Positions 1 through 10,759 of a stretch of DNA of 42,979 nucleotides are shown one piece after another. Below the pieces are notes generated by a model, which ran no database searches, was not told the origin of the DNA, and saw nothing but the letters and a program-made list of their open reading frames with translations. The stretch is taken from contig JABANN010000283.1 of assembly GCA_013115125.1 (NCBI GenBank), positions 1 through 42,979 on the forward strand. Reading direction: 5' to 3'. This DNA comes from Perkinsus olseni. Lineage: Eukaryota. A program made the translations under genes and the position numbers. Within the stretch, counting starts at the first letter, position 1. The number at the start of each line of letters is the position of its first letter.

Positions 1-854
1 CTGAGTGGTTGTAGCGAGAGGCCAGTCATGTTAGACGAGAATCTGGCATCGCGATATGTGTACTTCATGAAATCGTTATTGTTGACGAACTCCGTTGGCC
101 GCGAGGAAGCGGTAGTGAGAATGAGTTCTGCTTGCCTCTGGTCGATGGCAGTCTGCGAAATAACCACGTAAATATCGTCTTCTTTCTGGCCGCTCTCCAC
201 AAGAGGACCAGGCCTTGGTAGGATCAAGCTGCTCATCGGCGGAGTATTTTGATTCTCGCTTGCTGGGACGCTCGAGGTTGGAGGAGGAGTTGGGCTCTGT
301 CTCGTTGGATGCGTTGAATTAGAATACTCAAGTGGGACTGCCTTCAGTAAATTCGCTCGGCGCGTACCTCTGGCTGATTCTCTAACCATATAAGCTATCC
401 ATCTTCCCTCAACGAAGCAGAGAGTAACACTCCTGGACATTGCCACTCGCTTCTGCAGAGGGATTTGGAGTTGATAATACATGCTCACGATCGTGGTTAC
501 GAACCGGCTGTCTTTGGTGCGACCGTGCCCAGCGAAGTTAAGACAATTCCGAGAGGGTATGAATTGAGGCCCGTAAAGCGAATACTTCGCCCATAGACTG
601 TTGAGCTCAAAGTAGTCACTCATCGTCGATACCAGGTCGTAGTCGGGGAAGGACCCAGAAGTCGTCAGTCTCGCTTCCATCTTGTTTTGCGTCTTAGCAT
701 CCCTCACATTCAGCTCGATCGCCCTCAATTTACCGAGGCCTTCAATCGGGCCTAGGTTCCTGTAAATTCCAGCGCTAAGCTTCACACAATGTACACTTGT
801 TGATATCGACAGGCAGAGCAGGAAGCGCCCCAAGGCCACTGGCGCTCGTAGCAT
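1..854 (-). CDS. Secreted-type hypothetical protein, 3'-truncated by the window edge
   Basis: ATG at 854 opens a stop-free frame to position 1: MLRAPVALGRFLLCLSISTSVHCVKLSAGIYRNLGPIEG...SPTPPPTSSVPASENQNTPP... The N-terminus resembles a signal peptide and there is a Pro/Ser/Thr linker. It is absent from the ORF track because no stop lies in the window. Confidence 0.75.
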   Translation of the reverse strand, partial: MLRAPVALGRFLLCLSISTSVHCVKLSAGIYRNLGPIEGLGKLRAIELNVRDAKTQNKMEARLTTSGSFPDYDLVSTMSDYFELNSLWAKYSLYGPQFIPSRNCLNFAGHGRTKDSRFVTTIVSMYYQLQIPLQKRVAMSRSVTLCFVEGRWIAYMVRESARGTRRANLLKAVPLEYSNSTHPTRQSPTPPPTSSVPASENQNTPPMSSLILPRPGPLVESGQKEDDIYVVISQTAIDQRQAELILTTASSRPTEFVNNNDFMKYTYRDARFSSNMTGLSLQPL

Positions 855-1449
855 TCCGTTGAGGACTGTGGGGAAAATCTAGAGACTGGGTTACCGAATG
901 CGCTCGAGCGACTCCATTGCGCTCGCCTCAGGAGTCTGGAATTCGAGCTCGAGAGTCGCTTCCGCTGACGGCTCGTGCACTAACTGAGTGCCACTCACCT
1001 GACGTTGAGCTGCACTGTCACTTGGGGTCTGGTCTCAGTAGAGTGATAGCGTTAGAAGGAGGCTATGGAATGGCAAGCTCGGCTCGGTAATCAGGCTCGA
1101 CAGTGTCGAATCAGCTCTCTCGAGCTCCCTAAATATTGTCGTATTTCTGTGGGGGTGGCATAGAATCGTTGTCGTTTTGTGGTGGTCCGTTGTGATGGTC
1201 GACAGTATCGTACGCTGTGTGCCCTCTCCACCAGTAGCTGAATCTTTTCCGGCCATCACGTATCAGATCAGTACGTTAGTCTCAGAGTACTCCCTCTGTA
1301 CATCAATGAAACGCCAGACTCATGTCGCAACTCAACTTTCTACTCAAGATTGTCTATGCCCGCTCACGGCTCAAGCGGCTTGCCAGATTCTTGCTGATCT
1401 CGGCTAAATCCACCTTCTCTTCGCTCGGACGACAGGCGGAGGGTGTGTT

Positions 1450-2250
1450 TTGCAGGCTCTGACGTCGAGAACGCGAGAGATGAATCGACTAATAGTCGAG
1501 ATCCTAAGCTTTGAGCGCAACAATTGTTATTTTCGTGGGGATATCGAGATAGTCGCAACCTACTGAGGAGCTTCTGCTCCACCGAGGCTTCCGAATAGTA
1601 TCCTTAACACGATAATGACCCTCCCTTTGGTACCCCTCATGAGCTTCGGACAAGAAAGATCGACTCGATCTGACGCACTTCGATCGAGCAGAGTTAGTGA
1701 GGTTGATCTCCTGCCACCTCGGTATCGACCTCGGCAGGCAGCCATAGAGAAACGACAGGTGACCATTCAGGGACCTCAAATCGTATGCCGGAGATGGATC
1801 ACGAGCATGGCGCAGTCAGCATAGGCCATGTTCTTTACTATATGCGCCCCGTAGCCGTTGAAAATGCTGAGTGGCTTTAGCTTTATCTATAAGCCGAGAT
1901 TGCTATATTGATACCCTGAATCGGGTAAAGTAGTTTGCCGCGCTTAACTCCTGCCATGTGGTCCACTTCATCTCGCTGTCCCAGATGAGTCGATGTATGT
2001 GCCCCCCTACCTCACTCAGGCCGAGCGTCGGTCTGGCTGGAACGATAGATTCTACCTCGGCAAGATACCCGAGTACGACCCTCTGCGAGACTCTAGCTGT
2101 GCCGCCTATCGTGCGATGCTGCGGAGGAAAAGGGAGAGGACTACCAAAGGAAAGGCATCGTTCAAAGTCTCGTAGGATCTTGCGCACACTTGCATCGTCA
2201 GTCTTCAACGTGCGGTGCTTCCACCGTATCCTTGTGGGCTTAGTACATGG
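1450..2250 (-). mobile_element. Degenerate Ty3/gypsy-like integrase relic
   Basis: Frameshifted fragments lie in integrase order: IVP..GGHIH..W (H2C2-like region), KPLSIF, MLVIH, FLYGCLPRSI (FGxPxxI-like), EGYQREGHYRVKDTIR (GxxERxHxxIK-like), W..., PHE. Motifs are eroded and were recognised by eye only. Confidence 0.4.
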
Positions 2251-3399
2251 AAACAGAGCAGCCGTATGGGAATTATATTAGTGTGATCTGAATACTACTT
2301 CATGGAGAGATCATCGGCAGGAGAGTCTCCCTGAGTAGTTCCCATGGCGTCTCGGCGGCCACCAAAGGGCGCCGTCGTGCTCCCGCGGTCGGAAGGCAGC
2401 AGCCTGGCCCGAAGCCTCCCGACAGCGCCCTCCAACGCGAGCAGCTGGTCTCACAACTGATACACCACATACGCCAATGCTGGCGGAGCTTCGGAATACC
2501 GGAGAGCCATCAGAGGTCTCTTGTTCTGTCTCGGTCGGATCACTCGGTAGCTATGATCCAGGCACTACGCCGAAGCATTCTTCCACTCCCGGACCAAGCC
2601 CAACTTTCTGCTGGCCGAGGCTGATCAACTGGCTAGAGACGCGGCTCCCGTACAGTGCGTTATCAAAGCGGTTCTGCGCAGGGAATCAACAATACAAAAA
2701 CTAGGTGGGGGTACATTTTTTGGAGCAACGATTGATCAGGAGGCTTCGTTCAACTTATTCCAGACCAAATCGATAAGGTCGTGAGTGAACAACCTAGCGC
2801 CCTGGACTCTGCGTCGCTCCGCTCAGAACTTGTTATGAATTTACTGGCTCTGAGAGAAGTGAGGTTACTCGGAGTGGCTCGAGAATTCTTGAGTATTCCG
2901 ACTACCAGGCATCGATTCGATGCGTCGAGGCCGTAGTGAAGTGGAGGGAGTCGCTGATTCCACGGGCGGATGCCCCATCCAGTGGCAGTACCGTAGAAGG
3001 TAGGTTATTGTGGTAGGGAGCTGTGAAGCAACCTCCAGGTACGAATACTGGTCTGCCGCCGTTGTGGACCGATGCAAACTCCAATGTCAACTACCTGATA
3101 AAAATGAAAACGGACACACTGTGGCTGGCGGACGCGAGCTTTCACAGGCTCTTCGCCTTTAGCTCTAGGAGGTGGGGACATTCACGCAGCACACTCCCTT
3201 ACTCTCAGACTAATGCCTATCATTTCCTGCGCCCAAGGCCTCTGAATCGCCAAGCCTCACGCTACCTCACAACGGAACCTCCCCTCAGCGACCCCTTCCT
3301 CGTGAGCCCTAGTGTTGCCCCTACGACCAATCGTGCAAGAGTACCCGAGCCATCATCTGAGCGTGTAGGGGCAGCCCCGAGGAGGGCGCCAGGGCGTAC

Positions 3400-6300
3400 T
3401 GTACACCTGCCTCTTCACAAGAACCAGATAGGTCGAATGCTCGCTACCTCCGCCGGAAGAACTTCGTTCTGAACCTTCAGCTCGCATACAGGAGTGCGAG
3501 ATGGCGTTGTTACAAGAAGCGGTGCTCGATCTCGCCCAGGAGCAGGCGTTGGTATCGACGGAGGCCGTCACGATGGACGCCTCTCGCGACGTGCCGCCGG
3601 CTAGCAACTCAGAGTGGGATGACCGTCGTACAGTGATGATGAAGATGCCCTTGCTGAACAGTTCCGGGGAGTCCTCTGCCCGACGCGTCGATGTGCGTGA
3701 GACTTCGGACCTCTCAAAGAGTACCAACTTGGACAATATTACCCGGATGATCGAGCTGGCATCGATCAGGTGGAGATGATGAACAGATCCATGCTAGCTC
3801 AGAGGGAGTCACCACGCACGCAGAAGTCACCTACTCGCCTGCACGATGTTCCAACGACGTCATGCGTGCCGAATTCGAGAACTATGTTACGACTGAAGCC
3901 CATCCGGTGTCAATATCGTCAACGAGAGGGACATGGGAACTGGTGGAGGCTGCTGTGTATGGGCGGGGAAGGACCACAACCCGAGGCGGCCCGAGCCAGG
4001 TACACCAGCCTCTTGGCCCTCCGCCAGTCGCGGTTCAACCGGGAGCCCCGGCTGTCGCAGACGCCTTATGCCCCTCGGAACGTCTTTTTCTCGATACAAC
4101 AACGAGGCCGTAGTTTGCTGATGCCCGATTGGGCTCCCCCTTCAGGCTTCCTGGTGGTGGGTTCTCGGTGAAGACGGCAAGAGGATCGGCCTCGTCGTCT
4201 ATCACCTCAAGACTCATCTCGCCCCACAAATACATATTGTACATATCTCCGTGAAGGACCTCTCTTTCATGGACATGGTGAGAAGTGTGCTTCGTGCTCC
4301 CACGGCCGCCGCTATTGCAAACGTCGAATGAAATGGGCGTAGGTTGTTACGAGCTTGCGTGGTCACATCTTCGGAAGGTATCCCGAGGTTACCACAATCA
4401 GAGCAACGTTGTGGTACGTAGGACCATGCGAAGGCCGTTTGGCATGCTGTGTAGGAAGGTACATGGAGAATCCAATGGCTGAGGAAGGCTCGAAGGAGAG
4501 ATACTCCTTAGACAAGGAGATCGAGGCATCGTAGGCTCGCCATATATACTCTTCTCCTAGGCGAGAGACAAAGCACCGCTCTCGTCCGGCAGACGGCCCT
4601 CGGCCAACCATCGTCCAAATGGGAACGTTTCATGCAACTAGGCTCTGCTTCACGATCGGCAGGCCCGCCACGCAGGCGCAGCGAGGGAACTAACTTCAAT
4701 TTCGGCTTCCGCTTTTTCGGGCTTTTTTCGCTCGTACCATCCACAGATTCCAACGGGCGCATTTCCGATGGTACCAACTAACGCAGGAAGCTGATGGTCG
4801 GCGAGGCCAAGTAGTGGAGTCTCAGCTTCTCCTGCTGTCCCACGCCTAGGTTCTAGGTCATGAACTCTAGACGTAATACCGAAGAGCTCGGTGACCCCGT
4901 CGGCCTGGCTGATGGCGACGTTACTGTGGCAAACGATGGAACTCTGCAGCTTCAGACGTGCACTCTGGTGAGCGCCGGCACTTCATCCCTGCCGATGTAC
5001 GCCGCGTCTTGAGAATCGCCGTGCTGGACGAGGATCCGACCACACTGCTACGGTTTCAGAGCCCTATGACAGTGGGTAATATAACCTCGGACCATGACTC
5101 TGTCTGTGGCGCTGTCAACCCGATAGCCCTCGCCGGCGCGCTCGTGAATGCCGGGATAGTTCCTGATGACCTCCCTACGGATATGTGAGTCGCACTGAAC
5201 GAGATGCTGTTGATGATGAGGCGTGTTGCCTTGAAGGCCTTCGAGATGTTCAGCCCTCTTGCGGAGACTGATGGAGGAAATGCTCAACGGCGACGTAGGT
5301 TTGTACATGCCTGGTCTTACCCATTACGGTGACAGACAACCTCGGCCCTACCCGAATCGCTCACCAATAGCCGAATCTTGCCGTGGAATATTGAGACAGT
5401 GCTGCAATGGGTGACAGAGAGGTACGGCTTGCAGCGAACAGCTCACGCTCGGACAGGGCACCCACAGTTGTTGGTACGACTTCACTACCGACAGATGGAG
5501 CAAGGCGTTATCAGCATTTGTGCAGAGCATAGAAGATGTAGCGATGGTGCTAAACCGCCATATCTTAATCCTTGGCCGCCGATGCATGTCACGGACATGA
5601 TGTCAGGCCTCAAGTGCTCCAGTGTCCGCCGTTTTCGGCATTACCGTCAGCGTGTCTGTACAAGTGAGTACAGCCGTAGTATCGGCGCTGCGAGTTACGA
5701 GGTCTACTAGGTACCTTACCTCGTGTGCGATGAAAAGCTGCTTGCTGAAGAGGGGCAAGGGTATCTGCTGCCGGTGCAGTTCATAGCTCGCAGCGACAAG
5801 GGTTCGCCGTCTACGGTGAGCGGTATAGAGCGCTCTCGTGATGAGGGGGTCCGCTCGAGGTAGATTTTTTTCATCCCAACTTCGGACGAGGAAGTGCTCT
5901 TGGCTATAATGCCGAATGCCGGAGATACATCTCAAGGAGACATCCTTCACGTTGCAGCGGAGGTAGGTATCCGCGTTTTACTCTGCCAGCTCCTCATGCA
6001 AGGCACTGAGCGGCGCCTCCCGTTTGGACAGTCCAGCGTATACCCATATTGTCGTGCCACACTTCCTAGAGGAGAAGATGTCGACGTCGAATGCTCTCAC
6101 AGGTCGGAAGGCTGCATCTTCAAGGATCGGCGCTACGGCTATGAGTCGGTCCTTCTTTCATATCACATAATTTACGGCCGAGCATATTGCTTGAGTATTG
6201 TTCAGGTATTGAAATTCCGCCCTCTACTCCCGATGGCGAATCTCCAACGGCGGCTGACCGGCGGTGCAAGATTTCGGGCTCGGTAGAGTTCACACGCTTG

Positions 6301-6560
6301 AGCATGATAGCTGCATGCTCAAAGGATCGTAGCCTTGGATTCCTGCGTGAATCTGTGGTGAGTGGGCCTGTCTCAGTCTCAATCGGACAGCTGCGCCTAG
6401 ACCGATTCCGTTGCATGTTCCATCAGGAACCATCCAAAGTAGCACGAATATGTTCTGAGGAGCCGTTCATCGTCGCCGTTTGCCATGCATCTCTAGACGA
6501 CCTTGACATCCCCTTGCATTCTTCGCTTGTGTGTCCCGAACGGTTGCAGGCTTCATGAAC
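3400..6560 (+). mobile_element. Degenerate LTR-retrotransposon gag/protease/RT-like relic
   Basis: No long ORF and no evident intron structure. Fragments in pol order: PVGLADG (protease-like, about 4895), QPRPYP (about 5337), RRLPFG (RT MPFG-like, about 6010), LGFLR (about 6335). The catalytic YxDD is not recognisable. Confidence 0.35.
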
Positions 6561-6850
6561 AGTTAACTATTCGGCATATTTCTTGTGTCTTCTTCTGTGT
6601 TGCGCTCGAGTCCGGCAAAGTGTTCGTCAGCTAGTTTATACTAACATTCCGAATCAAGTGCCTCAAATCAGAGGAATGTATCTGACCAGCTTAGCTGAGT
6701 TAAGGGTGCAACTACGACTGTTAATGCGGACGACGTAGAGGCAGTTACAGTGACCAGTCAACTCATGGGAAACAAAACGCCACCATTCCCCTTTTATCCA
6801 GAAATGTTACAGCGCTTAAGTGCAAGTTGGCCTTTCAGTAGTTTACCTCT

Positions 6851-7319
6851 CGGCAGACCTCTTCAATGGGCTCATTCTTGTCAGTACGCGTAGAGTTACG
6901 TCACAAGGACAAAGGGGGTGCGTACGCTACACAATGTACGCACACGCTCTACGCGCAGCACATAAGATACTCACTTGCAGATGCCGAACGCACGCACAGG
7001 ATTCACTGCTTCAACTTGGACAATAATAGCAGGATACGCATAGTGGTCACTGTGGCTCCCACAAGGGCTGCGGTATATCCATTGGTGTGAAAGATGAACT
7101 CTTCCCTCCCAGCCCGGGAGATGTGTGCGAGCGGTGAGACGTCTTAGCACAGCCGCTAAGCGTAATCAATCCCCGCACACATACATCTCTCTGTGCAAAG
7201 CTGGTAGCCGCTTCGGCCACAGCTATCACACAGAGTGATGCCAATCCCACACTCCCGTGTTGGCCGACTTTCATCACTAGTATAACAATTACCTCCGTGC
7301 CATGTCGTTTTCTTCGCAC
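6851..7319 (-). pseudogene. Split 3' remnant of the 11-TM gene family (copy 0)
   Basis: KKTTWHGGNCYTS is encoded at about 7275-7319 and NEPIEEVC at about 6853-6876, with the family stop TGA read as CGA. About 390 bp of unrelated sequence separates them. Confidence 0.7.
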
Positions 7320-7470
7320 CTGAACTAACGCAACAACACGGAGCTATTGACCCTCGGAGAACGAATGCCAACACAGTGGTGTGCTGAGTCACGTAGATAC
7401 CAAGCCTTGCATATTACGACAAGCAATGTTACAAGATTTAGTTCTGGTCTAGGGTAGCATGGTTGGCCTC

Positions 7471-10014
7471 TCAGCAGACCTCCTCGATGGTCTCATACCC
7501 GGTAGTATAGCAGTTACCACCGTGCCATGTTGTGCTCTTATAACCTATCCACTTGAAGTCGAACGAGAAGGACATACCAGAATTAGAGTACTGAACGGCT
7601 ATGTAGTACGTCATCAATGAGACTTGCAATGCGGCAAAAGGCCAGGAGAAGTGATACCCAAGACGTAAACCGATCGATGTTACAGACTCGTTGAACCACC
7701 GCTTCATGGCGATAATGAGTATTATGAAAAGCGATGCTTCGGCCACGATTTCGATCAACAGCCTCCAGATCCCTTGCCAGAATTCTTCGTCTGTCATATC
7801 CCAGAAGGTGTCGTGAAGTTTGGGGTTGAAGGTACGTAGGACCAACGAGCAAATTAGATAATGCATGGGAGCGACGACTTCCACCACTTCTTTGCAGATG
7901 GCAACAGCCAATATAGAGAATGAACTGTTGAAGCTTCCATCTCTCGTGGATATCTGCTCGTTGTTCGCCTCAATACTCGATTCTGCAATTTTCTCCGGTG
8001 AACCGCTCCTACGATAAGGGAACGGGAACTCATCAGAGGAACTACTCACGGGCCTTTCGGGAATTGAATTAGTTCCGAGCAGGCTTGTGAAAGAAGACAA
8101 AGTGCTCATGCTAGAGCGTCGTCTGGCTATCCCTCCACCGGAACGAGAGAAATCGTCTCTGATGCGCTGCTTTCCGCCTGGATTGGTCGCAGTTATAGTG
8201 AGTTCAGCATTCACAGCAGGGCTTTCGTGAGATAAGGGCATGGCCGGCGAAAAGTCGGAACGCTCATCTCTGGCCAGCTCAGCCGCGGCGAGGGCGCTGC
8301 AGCGGCCGCTTCGACTTTTATGGTGCTCATCCGCATCGAATTGACCGAGACAGTCCATCGAATTTGCCAGTCTTGCATTGAGAGCCGCTCCGTTGATACC
8401 GCACGTGAGCGCATTGCTCCGTTTATCCGATCCATTAAGATGAAAATCCGAATCCAGCACAGGCAACTGCGCATTTTCAGGCTCCTTCCTTGCAGTTTCA
8501 TAATTCTCACTCACTTCTGTCATATTTCGAGAGCCGTTCGCGGGATGCTCAGCGTTAGTGTTAGACCTTGGCGCAGGCTCCGCACAACCTCGCTGATCTC
8601 GGTTGCAGCCAACCTCCCCCTGCGGATTGGATTTTCGACTATCAGGAGGGGCTGGGCTAATACCGTTTCGCGAAGGGACCGGATATGCCGCTTTGTAAAT
8701 ACAGTAGATGTAGTAGAGGTTCTCCAGAAGGTCTAGTGAAATCAGGAGCATGGCCAACCAGACTTCGGTGACGCCAGTAATGACGGAGGATATGAAGAAC
8801 TCATAGGCGTACATCGCGAGGAGCACTATCATAGGGTAGCAGTCGACACAATACAATCTCGCGTAGTGCTTAGCGAATTTCTCGAAAACGACCCGTAAAA
8901 CGAAGAAAGCCAAGCAGATCCAGAACCTTAAGAATCGATTCTGCTTGAGGGCGAGAAAGTAGAGCACTGGGTAAGCTAAACCGAAAACGCTGATAGCGCT
9001 GCACAAAGTGATTGGCACCATCGCGAATCTGCTCCTGGGACCAAGTGAAGGCCCATCTTGAGGAAGGTTATAGTAGATCATACCGACTACTGCTGAGGCC
9101 GGCACACCACTACACACGGGCATCCACGGCAGGGGCCAATAAGGAGTAAAGGCCGGAACGACACCGAGCCAGAAAAGCTGCCAGACCCCAGCCATGAGAC
9201 CAATCTTGAAGTACTTCGACACTCGGCGGTCGCCCCAGACATCGGAGAGTAGACTGTTAGTCCACGGGGCGAGCATGAATGAACACTGAGAGGAGATGAT
9301 GAATAGGACTGGCAGCCACTGCCATGCAGACACACCAATAGGGCCGGGGATAGGTACGACGAACACGATCACCGAGGCAAGCGGGGCGATGCAGACAATG
9401 ATAGCCGTCCTACAGAGCTGGATGCGAGGCACCTGGAGTGAAAAGCGGAAAGCAGGATGAGACTCCCCCGTCGAGATTAAGAAGCCGCCACGCCCACCAT
9501 GTCTCTTCGCAGGAATTCAGTGAGCTCCTATGAGAACTCGGGGAAGCCTATGAGGCGTTCGCGGGCCATAATCAGGGCTGCAGTCATTTTCTCCCAGTTG
9601 TTCCTGGAGTCACTCGCTGCGAAAGGGCAAGGGCTCTCCTGAGAACGATTGGGACTCACTCGGTAACTGAGCGGCACCGGCGTATTTTTGAGTACATCTA
9701 TGAGTTGTTAATAGCATAGATTCGAAAAAGGCACGAATCTCGTGCCACGACAGCTAAGTCGCTCACATTCATCCCTGTCGCAGTGAGAAACTGAAGATTG
9801 AATAGCGAGGACCTCTTCACGGATGACGCTGACCTCCGACCGGCTGCAAGACCGGAGCGAGTTCGTGACGCTACCCTGAGGCGAATGCTTGACGGTGGCA
9901 TGAGAGATGCAGAACGCAGAACAACGTGCCGCCAATCGGCGAGGCCTACCCTTACTGAGTCGCAGATAAGCCAGTGCCCTGCTCGGCGGAGATGGCTGGA
10001 TCGTTGAAGTTCAT
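7471..10014 (-). CDS. 11-TM membrane protein family, copy 1 (nonsense codon in exon 3; possibly N-truncated or a pseudogene)
   Basis: Main exon 9432-7471 (653 codons); intron 9433-9497. Upstream exons are homologous to the other copies (MNFNDPAISAEQG... from 10014; ...NWEKMTAALIMARERLIGFPEFS*ELTEFLRRDM). There is an in-frame TAG at 9528-9530. Confidence 0.8.
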
Positions 10015-10178
10015 ACGAGACGTCAAGAGCAACCCTAATGGAGCGAAAGTATTCATTTCAGCAGCGGAAAACGCATTCACTCGAAATTCACTTCGTCTCC
10101 AAAAGTTTTCGCGTTAAGGAGTGACAAAAACTCACAAGTTGTTAAAGAAGCTCCGCAACACCCTTTATACCTCAGAGA

Positions 10179-10560
10179 TTGAGCCTCCGAGACACAACAG
10201 GCCACGTAATGAAGCAGCTGTACCCGGAAGAGTCTATTCGTCGACATCGAGCCACCTTCAAGGCCAGCAATGCTTCACCGGGCGTTCAAGTGCACCCACA
10301 CCTGGCCGTTTCGTTGTGGAGGGCAAAGTTCTGAACCGCCTCAAGAAAGGAGAAGCCCCGCGGTTGCCCGACTGCGACACCACCATGGCCGAAGCTGGAA
10401 AACCCCAGAAGCTAGAGCTCGACATCGGTACCGGCAGAGTTGGCAGGCAACAATCCGAACAGCCCCAGGCCACCCGCCCTGTGCGAGGCAGCCCAGGGCG
10501 GTTTGCGCCAGAGGAAAAGCTGAAGTCTCCAGAGGCTCTGGGAGAGCTGCTCTTCATGGC
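10179..10560 (+). repeat. Inter-gene repeat, copy A (decayed coding-like relic)
   Basis: Aligns by eye with 13468-13780. The shared translation is PTPGRFVVEGKVLNR(L/I)KKGEAPRL, with shared DNA ccagaagctagagctcgac and gctgctcttcatggcc. Confidence 0.85.
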
Positions 10561-10759
10561 CAAAGTGAGACACGTTTTTCAAAGTTTTACTCCCAGAAGG
10601 AACGCAACTACATATAGTTATTGACAAGCCATGCGGAATGAGGATATTCGCTGTGACTTAATGATTCATGGGAAACGGCAAGACTCAATCTATCTCGACC
10701 AGCAATGCTACAGGGCCTGTATTCCGGGACTACTAGTCTCGGCTAGCCTGGTTGGAGCC

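Noticed and set aside
1016-3280. Possible LTR ends/PBS (tgtcac at 1016; ctcacaac at about 2450 and about 3268)
   Set aside because: No second LTR copy, clear tRNA-complementary PBS, PPT or target-site duplication could be found.
10380-10450. KLELDIGTGRVG resembling the RRP45 N-terminus
   Set aside because: The match is too short, needs a frameshift, and shows no convincing nucleotide similarity to 34514-34690.
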